53,041 nt of DNA, from the NCBI GenBank assembly GCA_002427165.1, contig DIQB01000129.1, positions 1 to 53,041 on the forward strand. The letters are read 5' to 3'. Numbering within the stretch: position 1 is the stretch's first letter; every line of letters starts with the position of its first letter. Shown in pieces: positions 1 through 9,518 of this stretch. This DNA comes from Firmicutes bacterium UBA5473. Its GTDB lineage: Bacteria > Bacillota > DTU084. The notes under the pieces were generated by a model. That model did not search any database and was not told the origin of the DNA. It worked only from the letters and a program-made list of their open reading frames with translations. The position numbers were made by a program, and so were the translations under genes.

Positions 1-210
1 ACAGTCCCTGCTACTTGATTAGCTCAGCCATTGATGTGCGGAAGACACGGCATTTTGAAGGGGAATTTCAGCTCACCAAGGATATCATAAAACTGCTTGA
101 AAGAGTTACTTTTTTATTTGTTTGTCATTGAAAACTTTTGACTGTCGTGTTATTTATTAGTAGGGAATATTGTATTTAGGGAAAGGAAGTAGATTCCACA
201 CAATCAGAGA

Positions 211-1690
211 TTTATTAGCTGAGCGGTAACAAGTAGTTATTGTATAGCTCTTCAATAAAAGAGCAATAGATAATTGAAAAACGGAGGGACAACGATGAAA
301 TTAGCGTTAAGGCAGTATCGTTTTATAGTGTTTATATTCCTATTATTAGCAATACCAAGCGTGTCATTTGCAGCTAATCTCCTGAAAAATGGGGATTTAG
401 AAGGTGCTGATATAAGTGAATTCACACGGACGTACGGTTCTATTGCTACTGTTACAGTAATTTTGGAAGAAAGTGGAAACCAATGCGCTAAACTTGTGAT
501 AAATCAACTTTATAAGCCGGAGCCAACCCCGGAGGTTAGTACATCTTTGTTAATAGGTGGTGCTAAAGGTTATTATGGAGAGAATGGAAGCAATGCTATC
601 CGGGTAAAACCTAATACAACTTATGAGTTTGCTTTTGATATCAAAGGAGATATTGATACCAATGAACATATTGGTTTGTTAAGATCACCAATGTTATGGG
701 TTTGGGAAAGGGGTAAAGAAAAGGAAAGGGCTGGGAGAACAGAGCTTCAAACATCTTTTGGGAAGACGAATATTGAGGTAACAAGAGAGTGGGTGCGATA
801 TGAGGGGGAAGTGACTACCAATGCCACTGCCCATACCGCCTGCTTGAGATTTCCTGTTTATTATGTAAAAGATGATGCCCGAAATTTTGATTTTGATAAG
901 GGCTATTTATTGGTAGATAACGTTGTCTTTAGGGAAAAAAAGTAAATTTTATACAGCTAGCAGGTTTATTAGCTGAACGATAACAATTGTTTTGGGATAG
1001 CTCGTTAAATAAAAAAGTAAAAGAAAAATGGAGGGGCAATGATGAGATTACCATTAAGAAAGTATTGTTTTATAGTGTTTATATTCTTACTAGTAACAAT
1101 ACCAAGCGTGTCATTTGCAGCTAGTCTTCTAAAAAACGGGAATTTAGAAGGTGATGATATAAGTGAATTCACACGGACGTACGGGTCTACTGCTACTGTT
1201 TCGCTATTTTCGGAAGAAAGTGGAAACCGATGTGCTAAACTCGTGATAAACAAACTTTATAAGCAGGAGCCAAACCCGGAGGTTAGTACATCTTTGCTAA
1301 TAGGTGGTATTACAGGTTATTCTGGAGAGGATGGAAGTAATGCGATACGGGTAAAACCTAATACAACTTATGAGTTTGCTTTTGATATCAAAGGAGATAT
1401 TGATACCAATGAACATATTGGTTTGTTAAGGTCACCAATGTTGTGGGTTTGGGAAACAGGTAATGAAAGTGTATCGGCTGGGAGAAAAGAGATTGCAACA
1501 ACTTTGGGAACGAATATTGAGGTAACAAGTGAGTGGGTGCGATATAAGGGAGAAGTGACTACCAATGCCACTGCCTCTAGAGCTGGCTTGAGACTTCCTA
1601 TTTATTATACAAAAGATGATGCACGAAATTTTAGTTTTAGTAGATGTTATTTATTAGTAGATAACGTTGATTTTAGGGAAAAGAAAGAGA
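211..1690 (+). repeat. Tandem duplication in a ~754-nt register. It covers the upstream leader, RBS, signal peptide and CBM-like module of two adjacent genes.
   Basis: TTTATTAGCTGAGCGGTAACAA at 211 recurs as TTTATTAGCTGAACGATAACAA at 965. The encoded proteins are collinear from the signal peptide (IPSVSFAA) to LLVDNV.FREKK. Confidence 0.75.
295..945 (+). CDS. Secreted stand-alone CBM4/9/22-like beta-sandwich protein, paralogous to the N-terminal modules of the 1039 and 10935 genes
   Basis: GGAGGG RBS precedes the ATG at 295 (the track ORF starts at a TTG at 274). Signal peptide FIFLLLAIPSVSFA. Contains NLLKNGDLEG...IRVKPNTTYEFAFDIKG, shared with the two paralogs. Confidence 0.65.
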   Translation: MKLALRQYRFIVFIFLLLAIPSVSFAANLLKNGDLEGADISEFTRTYGSIATVTVILEESGNQCAKLVINQLYKPEPTPEVSTSLLIGGAKGYYGENGSNAIRVKPNTTYEFAFDIKGDIDTNEHIGLLRSPMLWVWERGKEKERAGRTELQTSFGKTNIEVTREWVRYEGEVTTNATAHTACLRFPVYYVKDDARNFDFDKGYLLVDNVVFREKK

Positions 1691-3138
1691 TTCCTCCCAC
1701 GCCAGATGGTTTTACTGCTATTCGCAATAGTGGTTCAAGCAATGTAACTTTATCCTGGAATACAACCCAGGATGCTGAAAACTATTGCATTTATCGCGAT
1801 TCTGTGTTGCATTATGAGGTGGATGCTAACGCTACCTCTTGGGTTGATGAAACAGCCGAGCCAGATAGCACATATAGTTATTCGATATCTGCTAAAAACT
1901 ATAAAGGAGAAAGTGCCCCTACAGAAGAAATTTTAGCGAAAAGAATGAGGATGGTAAGAGGAATAATCAAAGGGGAAAAAGAAGGCGTCACTAATATTCT
2001 TCCAGGAGCGGAAGTAAGAGTTTTAGCTTCCCAACTAAATCCAGTGTATAGCGATGGAAATGGTATTTTTCAATTAGGACCTTTGGTTGAAGGCGAATAT
2101 CAATTTGAAATTAGGAAGTTTCAATATAGTAGACAAACAATTCCCAAAGGGATCAGTGTTGCTGATCCATATGAGTATGAGTTCGATTTAGGTGAATTGA
2201 TACTCCCCTGGGACGATAAAGCTCCTAATCCGCCTACCTTTATTTTAGCAGATGCAGCTAGGCATGTGGGGATTATTGTACTAGAGTGGGAACCGCCCGC
2301 AATTGAACCGGAAGATGTGGAAAGATATAATATCTATCGTTCCAAAACAGAAAATATTGATATCAATAGTGTAACTCCTATAGACACTGTAAGTGCAGAG
2401 ACTTTGATTTATTATGATAGATTTGATGCAAAAGATTTTGGCTGTACATTTTATTATCGAATTCAATCCGAGGATGGTGGAGGAAACAAAGAGGGAGCTT
2501 CAAACGAACTTTCAGAAACTGTAATCGCACCGCCCATACCTATACCTCTTGAGCCCCAAGGAGGTGCTTTGGTAGCTGAGTTTCCAATGACTTTTTCATG
2601 GCAAAAAGTCGAGAATGTTGATTTTAGTAAGTACTCCATACAATTAAGCAGTTCTCCCGATTTCCCAAATGATGAACGTACACAATTATTACCCTGTAAC
2701 TCTTCTCCAACCTTTACCTTGAACTCGCCATTAATTCAGGGAACATGGTATTGGCGAGTAAATGCAATATATGAAAGAGATGTTGAAAGCGCTTGGTCTG
2801 AAGCAGTAGAATTTATTACAATAACAACAGATGACAATCCTTACCTGGTTCCATATTTAAAAATTACTCCACAAGTCTTAAGGCAAGGAAATGTTGATAT
2901 AAGTTATTATTTAACCACAGGAGCCAATGTGTTTATAAGAGTATTTAATCTTAAGGGCCAGCATGTTGTAACCTTGGATACAGAAGACAAGCCTGCCGGT
3001 TTATATACTATTAGCTGGAATGGAAGAGATTCTCACGGCAAAGAACTCCAAAATGGACTTGTTTTGGTGCAGTTAAAACTTAAAACACCTGAAAAAGGGG
3101 AAAAGATATTTACAAAGAAAGTGCTCATAAATCGTTAA
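1039..3138 (+). CDS. Secreted multidomain surface protein: CBM-like module, FN3, carboxypeptidase-regulatory-like domain, FN3, an Ig-like domain, and a C-terminal FlgD-Ig/Por-tail-like domain
   Basis: Signal peptide. FN3 patterns (VTLSWN..YCIYRD; LEWEPP..YNIYRS). GAEVRVL...DGNGIFQLGPLVEGEYQFEI is CarboxypepD_reg-like. The C-terminus NLKGQHVVTLDTEDKPAGLYTISWNGRDSHGKELQNGLVLVQL is typical of FlgD_ig / T9SS-type tails. Confidence 0.7.
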   Translation: MMRLPLRKYCFIVFIFLLVTIPSVSFAASLLKNGNLEGDDISEFTRTYGSTATVSLFSEESGNRCAKLVINKLYKQEPNPEVSTSLLIGGITGYSGEDGSNAIRVKPNTTYEFAFDIKGDIDTNEHIGLLRSPMLWVWETGNESVSAGRKEIATTLGTNIEVTSEWVRYKGEVTTNATASRAGLRLPIYYTKDDARNFSFSRCYLLVDNVDFREKKEIPPTPDGFTAIRNSGSSNVTLSWNTTQDAENYCIYRDSVLHYEVDANATSWVDETAEPDSTYSYSISAKNYKGESAPTEEILAKRMRMVRGIIKGEKEGVTNILPGAEVRVLASQLNPVYSDGNGIFQLGPLVEGEYQFEIRKFQYSRQTIPKGISVADPYEYEFDLGELILPWDDKAPNPPTFILADAARHVGIIVLEWEPPAIEPEDVERYNIYRSKTENIDINSVTPIDTVSAETLIYYDRFDAKDFGCTFYYRIQSEDGGGNKEGASNELSETVIAPPIPIPLEPQGGALVAEFPMTFSWQKVENVDFSKYSIQLSSSPDFPNDERTQLLPCNSSPTFTLNSPLIQGTWYWRVNAIYERDVESAWSEAVEFITITTDDNPYLVPYLKITPQVLRQGNVDISYYLTTGANVFIRVFNLKGQHVVTLDTEDKPAGLYTISWNGRDSHGKELQNGLVLVQLKLKTPEKGEKIFTKKVLINR

Positions 3139-3253
3139 TGTAGATTGTGCGGCAACGATAAAGAGAGGGGGGAAAGGAAGACGAATTTGGGTTAATCAAA
3201 ATCATTAACAAGCACTGAGCTCTTGCCCTTACGGTCTTGGCGCAGATCCTCTG

Positions 3254-3318
3254 GCCGCATGTTATTAAGGCTTAGAGGTCAGACAATATGGTGGCCTAAC
3301 ATAACATGCGGTCTTTTC
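3254..3318 (+). terminator. Imperfect long hairpin followed by TCTTTT; possible terminator of the 1039 gene
   Basis: CCGCATGTTAT (3256-3266) pairs with ATAACATGCGG (3301-3311), extended by TAAGG/CCTAA with a bulge. A T-run follows. It lies about 115 nt after the stop codon. Confidence 0.3.
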
Positions 3319-3389
3319 CAAGATCAAGATCGAACGGCATCTTTCCTAGTGTAAAAAAATGGAGCTATTTGACTGGCTCTCATATCAGA

Positions 3390-3650
3390 AAGCCTTTATC
3401 TTTAAGATCGATTACATGCTTGGGAAGCCTATTATCGTGATTTAGATGGCATCGGCGGGGCCTCTTGTTTTCCGCGCGTAGGAACTAATCCCTTCAATCA
3501 GGTATAAATGTTTAAGGGAGGAACTTGATGACATTCAGTATATGTCAAATTGAAGTTCTTTACATAGCCTTGCAAAGAACTACCAGAATATAACGTAACG
3601 CAAGAGGTAGAGGTTTTTTGATGTAGTTATTAATTCCTCGCACTAAAGAG
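3390..3650 (+). pseudogene. Decayed remnant of the 3' end of a DUF4091/GH123-like gene, homologous to about 12790-13140 of the intact gene at 10935-13205
   Basis: Nucleotide collinearity is visible by eye. For example, GGGGCCTCTTGTTT..AATCCC.TCAAT.AGGTAT.AATGTTT.AGGGAGG.ACTTGATGA and ACCAGAA.ATAAC.TAACGCAAGAGGTAGAGG occur in both. There are internal deletions and no open frame. Confidence 0.65.
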
Positions 3651-3668
3651 TATATAGTGAAAGGATGA

Positions 3669-4502
3669 ATGTACATGTCTACCCGACAGTTCGGGAAACG
3701 TCTTTTAGCTTTGTTATTGGTATTGTGCGCTTTGGCTATACAAGCCTTTACTGCTGTACGCAGCGAAGTTGCGACTCACCAAAGCACAGTCCTCAATACA
3801 ACAAAAGATTTCTATCTATTTTATCCCAATAAATATAACCCAGACAAGACATATCCGGTTCTCTATCTGCTCCATGGTGCAGGTGGTAGTTACCGGTCTT
3901 GGTCATCACAAGGTGTATTGGCCCAGAGTCTAGAAGAGTTTGAAATGTTTGTGGTCTTGCCTGACGGGGATAAATTTAGTTGGTACTTGGACAGTCCCCT
4001 TTCAGGATCAAAATATGAGACTTATCTAATTGAAGAGTTGATCCCCTTTGTGGATAGAAATTATCCTACAAAAGCCAATTGTAAAGCTAGGGCAATCAGT
4101 GGTCTGAGCATGGGCGGACATGGGGCTGTAACTTTGGCAATTAAGCATCCTGATCTGTTTGGTTCTGCCTCGTCGCTGAGCGGAATTTTGGACATTGTTC
4201 GTCATCCCAATGATTGGCAGCTTGATCAGAGGTTAGGTAAGCAAGAGGAAAACATGGCCCTTTGGGAAGCGAATAGTGCCCTTTTCTTGAGTCCGAAACT
4301 TAAAAACCTTGAGCTTGCTCTTTTCATCTCCTGCGGTCTTGATGATTTTGCCCTTAAGGAGAATCGCGATTTTCACAGGAAGCTTCAGGAACTAAGGATT
4401 CCCCATCTTTATGTGGAGCACCCAGGTGCCCATAATCTTGACTACTGGTTAGGCAATCTAGGGGAGCATTTGCTGTTTCATAACTATATCTTTACTGAGT
4501 AA
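3669..4502 (+). CDS. Secreted esterase of the esterase D / putative-esterase (CE1-like) alpha/beta hydrolase family
   Basis: Signal peptide LLALLLVLCALAIQA. YPVLYLLHG, the nucleophile elbow GLSMGGHGA, and C-terminal HPGAHNLDYW. Confidence 0.75.
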   Translation: MYMSTRQFGKRLLALLLVLCALAIQAFTAVRSEVATHQSTVLNTTKDFYLFYPNKYNPDKTYPVLYLLHGAGGSYRSWSSQGVLAQSLEEFEMFVVLPDGDKFSWYLDSPLSGSKYETYLIEELIPFVDRNYPTKANCKARAISGLSMGGHGAVTLAIKHPDLFGSASSLSGILDIVRHPNDWQLDQRLGKQEENMALWEANSALFLSPKLKNLELALFISCGLDDFALKENRDFHRKLQELRIPHLYVEHPGAHNLDYWLGNLGEHLLFHNYIFTE

Positions 4503-4749
4503 TTTATAAAAAATTTCAATGAGACTGATTCCTGAAGGGTTATAAAGATGTCAAAACTTCCACTCTCTTTTCCCATTTGATTCGAAAAGCGACAATTTAG
4601 ACCCAGAGAAATGTAGGAATGGTTAAAAGCCAACACGTGAAAACAAGATGGTTTTTTTAACCGAACACACATGCACTTGTGATAGTATAAACACCGACTT
4701 GCTCATTAGAGTAGTAAGATTATTATAGGGAAAAAGGAGAATTTTGTCT

Positions 4750-5667
4750 ATGAACTCGAAAGCAGATAGGTTTTTCAACAGCAAGAGTTCTTTTATCATT
4801 ATAAGTCTTGCTCCGCTATTATTATTTTATACTCTCTTTTTGGTAGTCCCCAAGATAACATCGTTCTATTATCCTTTTACAGAGTATGATGGGATTAGCG
4901 CTCCAGTGCGGATTGGACTTAGGAACTTCGCCACGATTGCAAAAGATGCAGATCTTTGGGCGGCGATGAAAAATAACTTTTTCTATTGGATTATTGCTAC
5001 CCCTATCAATTTTTTTGCAGCGTTGATTGTAGCATTTTTGCTTGTGAAAAAACCATATCGTGAGAGTAAGTTTTATCGAATCTTGTACTACTTCCCGGCA
5101 ATTTTGCCCAGTGTAATCACAGCTTTGATGTGGCAGTTTGCCTTTCACGGCCGCTATGGAATTTTCAATGCCCTCCTCAATGCATTAGGGATGAATGTTG
5201 GTGAGTTTTATTGGCTTACCAATACTACAGCTGTTCGCTGGGCGATGATTATTCCTATGGTATGGGGAGGTTGGGCTGGAAATATGCTGATCTTTATGGG
5301 TGCTATTCAATCTGTTCCAGCAAGTTTATATGAGTCTGCAGAGCTTGATGGTGCCTCAGATCCACAGAAGCTTTTCTTAATTACAGTGCCTGTAATCTGG
5401 GAGACGATGAAGACAATGATTTTCTTCAGTATTATTGGGCTTTTTGGTGCTTTTGAGATGATCTTAATTATGACCAATGGTGGGCCTGCAGGTGCTACAG
5501 AGGTTGTGGGTACGTATATGTACAAAATTGCCTTTGGTGCCGAAGGAGTTGCTGCCTTTGGTTATGCAGCAGCAATAGGGCTTATCCTATTCGTAATTCT
5601 AAGCGTGATTAGTATTATTGCCTTCCGGTTTATGGATCGGGGCGAAGCAATTGAGATGGCGGGTTAA
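4750..5667 (+). CDS. Carbohydrate ABC transporter permease (MalF/UgpA-like)
   Basis: Multi-pass membrane protein with the EAA-type loop SLYESAELDGASDPQKLFLITVP. AAGGAG RBS before the ATG at 4750. Confidence 0.85.
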   Translation: MNSKADRFFNSKSSFIIISLAPLLLFYTLFLVVPKITSFYYPFTEYDGISAPVRIGLRNFATIAKDADLWAAMKNNFFYWIIATPINFFAALIVAFLLVKKPYRESKFYRILYYFPAILPSVITALMWQFAFHGRYGIFNALLNALGMNVGEFYWLTNTTAVRWAMIIPMVWGGWAGNMLIFMGAIQSVPASLYESAELDGASDPQKLFLITVPVIWETMKTMIFFSIIGLFGAFEMILIMTNGGPAGATEVVGTYMYKIAFGAEGVAAFGYAAAIGLILFVILSVISIIAFRFMDRGEAIEMAG

Positions 5668-5694
5668 ACCAAGACTTAGACTGGAGGAATTCAA

Positions 5695-6561
5695 ATGGCT
5701 GAAGCTGCATACAAAGATTCTGGGGTGGTGAAGCGCCTTGAGGTGAGGGATGTAGTGATCAGGGTTCTCTTGGCCCTGTGGGCACTTGCGATCATCTTGC
5801 CGCTGATTTGGGTGGTTTATACTTCCCTAAAAACAAACCAGGAGTTTTTCATGGGCGCCTGGCAATTGCCAAAGAGTATGCAATGGAATAACTATTATCG
5901 GGCCTGGACGCAGCTTGGTATAGGGCAGAGCTTTGTAAACACCATTATTCTTATAACAGGTGCGATGCTGCTTAACACTTTTATAGTGGGACTGGGGTGC
6001 TATACCTTAGCTAGGTTTGATTTCAAAGGCAGAGATATTATTTACTGGTATATTATTGGCAGCTATTTTATCACCGGTCTCAATACCATGGTTACAGGTT
6101 ATATTTTGATGAGGAAACTGGGTCTACTCAATAGTTTATTTGGATTAATTATTAATTATGGGGCAGCCCCGATAGTCTTCAATACCTTAATCCTTAATGC
6201 CTTTATGAAAGGGCAGCCTAAAGAACTGGAAGAGGCTGCATATATAGATGGTGCATCATACTGGCAAACTTTTTGGTATCTAGGAATACCTCTGGCGAGA
6301 CCGGCCCTACTTACAATAAATGTTTTTAATTTCATGGGGTATTATAATAATTTTATAAAACCATTACTATATATTCGGGATCCGGAAAAATATCCTTTGT
6401 CTGTGGCTATTTATTCTATGGCACAGGCTATGACCTATAGAGCTGATTGGGTGACGCTGTTTGCAGGGTTTGTGATTATGATGATCCCGACTATTTTAAT
6501 TTATAGCATATTCCAGAATCAAATTATTCAGAACCTGAACATTGGTGCTTTGAAAGGTTAA
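5695..6561 (+). CDS. Carbohydrate ABC transporter permease (MalG/UgpE-like)
   Basis: EEAAYIDGASYWQTFWYLGIPLARP loop, six predicted TM segments, and adjacency to the partner permease. Confidence 0.85.
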   Translation: MAEAAYKDSGVVKRLEVRDVVIRVLLALWALAIILPLIWVVYTSLKTNQEFFMGAWQLPKSMQWNNYYRAWTQLGIGQSFVNTIILITGAMLLNTFIVGLGCYTLARFDFKGRDIIYWYIIGSYFITGLNTMVTGYILMRKLGLLNSLFGLIINYGAAPIVFNTLILNAFMKGQPKELEEAAYIDGASYWQTFWYLGIPLARPALLTINVFNFMGYYNNFIKPLLYIRDPEKYPLSVAIYSMAQAMTYRADWVTLFAGFVIMMIPTILIYSIFQNQIIQNLNIGALKG

Positions 6562-6589
6562 AATAAATAATTTCGGAGGGGTGATCGAG

Positions 6590-8011
6590 ATGCTACGGAG
6601 TAAGAGACACTATGCAGTAATCGTTTTGATCCTAGTGGCGCTTGTGTTGTTTTTCGGCGGTTGTGGGAAGAAAAAGGAAGTATCAGAAGAGAGAGTATAT
6701 AGTGGAGAAGTGTATCCGGAAAACGGACTTCCAAAAGATAAAAAAGTGACGATCTCGGCGATTTACCCGGTTGCGGGTTGTGGTAAAGAGTATTTTGAGT
6801 ATGCTGTTGAAACCTTTCAAGAGAAATTTAAAAACGTAAAAATTAATGTTCGTTACATTGAGGAAGGTGTTACGACATATAATCAAATAATACAAGCGAT
6901 GATACAAAGTGGCAATGATGATGATATGTATGATTGGATTTATATCTCTTATGATGTGTCTTTGATGCAACAAGAAAAGCTAGAATCTCAAGACGAGTTA
7001 TGGGAACGAACATTATACGATCGGCCTGATACGAAGGTTAAGGATGTTATTATGTCGGACAAATCATCCGTTTTTGCTTATTTTGGACATATGTGGGCGG
7101 CGCCCACCAATTATAAAATATATGGTCTTTATTATAATAAAAAGTGGTTTAAAGATTTGGGGCTATCCGAACAGCCAAAAGACTGGTATGAATTTTTGTC
7201 ACTATGCAAAAAAATTAAAGCAAAAGGTGTATACCCCATGGTAATGGCAGGGAAGTATGCAAGTTCTTATTTTGATTATGGGTGGGGAACAATTCCTTAT
7301 GCGGTTGATGGTAGTGATAAATATAGTGAAGATGAGTATAATTATCGACCAGATCTTTATATATCTAAACCGCATGTAACAATGCTCAAAAGGTTAGAGG
7401 AATTTGTTGCTAAAGGGTATTTACATCCTGGAACTGCAAGTTTCGATCATACGCAATCCCAAATGGAATTTGTTCAAGGGAAAGCTGCAATGATTACTAA
7501 CGGAACATGGGTAGCTAATGAAATGAAAAATGTTGTCCCTGATGATTTCGAATGGGGATTTATGGTTTTTCCTGGTAACGATCCGAACAAAAAACAAGTT
7601 ATTTTAACTCAAACGGGTATGTCTGGATTTATTTGGAAAAACCGTCCGGAATTAAATAAGAAATGGGTTAAGGAATTTAATTTATGGTTATTAAACCTAG
7701 ATATTCAACAGAAGTACGCGCAAAGCGGTGGAGTCCCAACCCGAAAAGATTTTAAGCTTGGGGAAGAACAGACAAAGACTATTTCTCCGTCTGTGGTAGA
7801 AGCGTTAAAAGCAATCAGGAGAAGGGGTATTGCACTTGTTGACAATAAACCACGTGTAGAGGTGATAACCAATAGCGAGTTTGCAAAGTTCGGCAAGGTT
7901 AAAGGTGATGGGTATATCGCTTTGATTACAGGGGGAAAATCGGCTGAGCAGGTTGCTAAAGACATTAATAAACAATATATGAAGGGGCTCGAAGCAGATA
8001 AAAGAAAATAG
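6590..8011 (+). CDS. Extracellular solute-binding lipoprotein of the sugar ABC transporter
   Basis: Lipobox LFFGGCGKK. Family-1 SBP size. GGAGGGG RBS before the ATG at 6590. No ATPase gene in this operon, as is usual for MsmX-sharing systems. Confidence 0.75.
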   Translation: MLRSKRHYAVIVLILVALVLFFGGCGKKKEVSEERVYSGEVYPENGLPKDKKVTISAIYPVAGCGKEYFEYAVETFQEKFKNVKINVRYIEEGVTTYNQIIQAMIQSGNDDDMYDWIYISYDVSLMQQEKLESQDELWERTLYDRPDTKVKDVIMSDKSSVFAYFGHMWAAPTNYKIYGLYYNKKWFKDLGLSEQPKDWYEFLSLCKKIKAKGVYPMVMAGKYASSYFDYGWGTIPYAVDGSDKYSEDEYNYRPDLYISKPHVTMLKRLEEFVAKGYLHPGTASFDHTQSQMEFVQGKAAMITNGTWVANEMKNVVPDDFEWGFMVFPGNDPNKKQVILTQTGMSGFIWKNRPELNKKWVKEFNLWLLNLDIQQKYAQSGGVPTRKDFKLGEEQTKTISPSVVEALKAIRRRGIALVDNKPRVEVITNSEFAKFGKVKGDGYIALITGGKSAEQVAKDINKQYMKGLEADKRK

Positions 8012-8064
8012 GTTGAAACAAGAAAGGAAATAAAAGGCGGTTCGCTCAGTGATAGAATCTTCTG

Positions 8065-8086
8065 CGCCAACAAGGGTTTGTTGGCG
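8065..8086 (+). terminator. 9-bp perfect hairpin after the SBP gene, with a weak T-tract
   Basis: CGCCAACAA-GGGT-TTGTTGGCG, followed by TCTGTCTG. Confidence 0.3.
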
Positions 8087-8339
8087 TCTGTCTGACAGCG
8101 AGCCTTAGTAGAATAATTCAGACTGCTTCCGGTTTAGGAATAGATGATTCTGAATAACTATGATGACCATTCAGCATCTGTGGGGTAACATGGCAAGGAA
8201 GGTGGATCCCTATTAATAGAGGGAGCATTACTATTAAGTTATAAATGGCTTGCTATGAAATCGGTGGATAGATATCTTTGGATTAGTGCCAACAAGATCC
8301 ATTGCTATATAAGCTAAGCATTTGGGGGAGATTCTGAAA

Positions 8340-9377
8340 ATGGTACGATTTGGAGTTGTAGGGTGTGGTACCATCGGGAAAATACATGCAGGGATCATAA
8401 ACAGCATCTCGGGGGCTATCCTGGTAGGGGTTTCGGATATGAATCCTACTTTATGCGGAAGTCTCGCAGAAAGTTTGGGCTGTTCTTTCTACGAGAATTA
8501 CACAGAGCTGATAGAAAGAGATGATATTGATGCAGTAGCAGTTTGTTTGCCTTCTGGGATGCATTATGAGGCAGCTGTAGCAGCTGCCAAGGCCGGCAAG
8601 CATGTAATTGTGGAAAAACCTATGGAAGTTCAACTTGATAAGGCCGAAAAAATGATAGATGTTTGCAAAGAAAATGGGGTCAAGTTGAGTGTAATAATGC
8701 AGCACAGGTTTGATGATGCAATACAGGCGCTGAAAAAGGCTGTGGATTATGGCGATATGGGCAAATTATTCATGGGTTCTTCTCGAACTATTTGGTACAG
8801 GGAACCCGAGTATTACATTGGGAACTCATGGAGGGGGACGTGGAAGCTTGATGGAGGAGGGGCTCTTATCAACCAATCAATCCACTACATAGATCTGCTT
8901 CTGTACATCATGGGGCCAGTTGAAAGCGTAAACGGTAAATGTAGAACTCTTTTCCATAAAAGTATTGAAGTAGAGGACACAGGTATCGCAACCCTCCAGT
9001 TTAAAAGTGGAGCGATAGGCACAATTGAAGGTACGACAATTGCATATCCCGGGTTATTTACTGAGCTGAGTATATACGGGGAAAAGGGAACGGTAGTTAT
9101 TCAAAATGATCAACTTAACTTTTGCCAATTCAAGGAAGGCGAAAACCTTGAATTAGGAAAGCTTTTAAGTAGAAAGAGCTCAGTAAAGACAGGGCAATCA
9201 AAGGCTGAAGAACTTGATACTAGTTCTCATAAAAAACAGTATGTTGATTTCATTAATGCAATAAAGAGCAACAGAAAGCCTCTTATCACCGGAGAGCAAG
9301 GGATTAGATCACTTGCTGTTATAAAGGCAATTTATGAGTCGTCAAAAAATAAAAGAGAGGTAACCGTTGGTATATGA
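8340..9377 (+). CDS. Gfo/Idh/MocA family NAD(P)-dependent oxidoreductase
   Basis: N-terminal Rossmann motif VRFGVVGCGTIGKIHA and the conserved VIVEKPM motif. The likely true start is the ATG at 8340, not the TTG at 8322. Confidence 0.85.
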   Translation: MVRFGVVGCGTIGKIHAGIINSISGAILVGVSDMNPTLCGSLAESLGCSFYENYTELIERDDIDAVAVCLPSGMHYEAAVAAAKAGKHVIVEKPMEVQLDKAEKMIDVCKENGVKLSVIMQHRFDDAIQALKKAVDYGDMGKLFMGSSRTIWYREPEYYIGNSWRGTWKLDGGGALINQSIHYIDLLLYIMGPVESVNGKCRTLFHKSIEVEDTGIATLQFKSGAIGTIEGTTIAYPGLFTELSIYGEKGTVVIQNDQLNFCQFKEGENLELGKLLSRKSSVKTGQSKAEELDTSSHKKQYVDFINAIKSNRKPLITGEQGIRSLAVIKAIYESSKNKREVTVGI

Positions 9378-9518
9378 CTTAGGATTAAAATAGATCAGCA
9401 CCAACGGAAATACCATCAATCCTGAGTAACCTGCGTAATGGCATTAAAGTACTAAAAATGGGTATAATCAAGACTTGCTGTTTTGGCAATCTTTACGCGA
9501 GAGGAATGGTTATAAATC

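Noticed and set aside
1-131. Open frame running off the left edge (…AIDVRKTRHFEGEFQLTKDIIKLLE…, stop near 129-131)
   Set aside because: It could be the 3' end of an upstream gene. About 43 codons with no recognisable motif are insufficient for a call.
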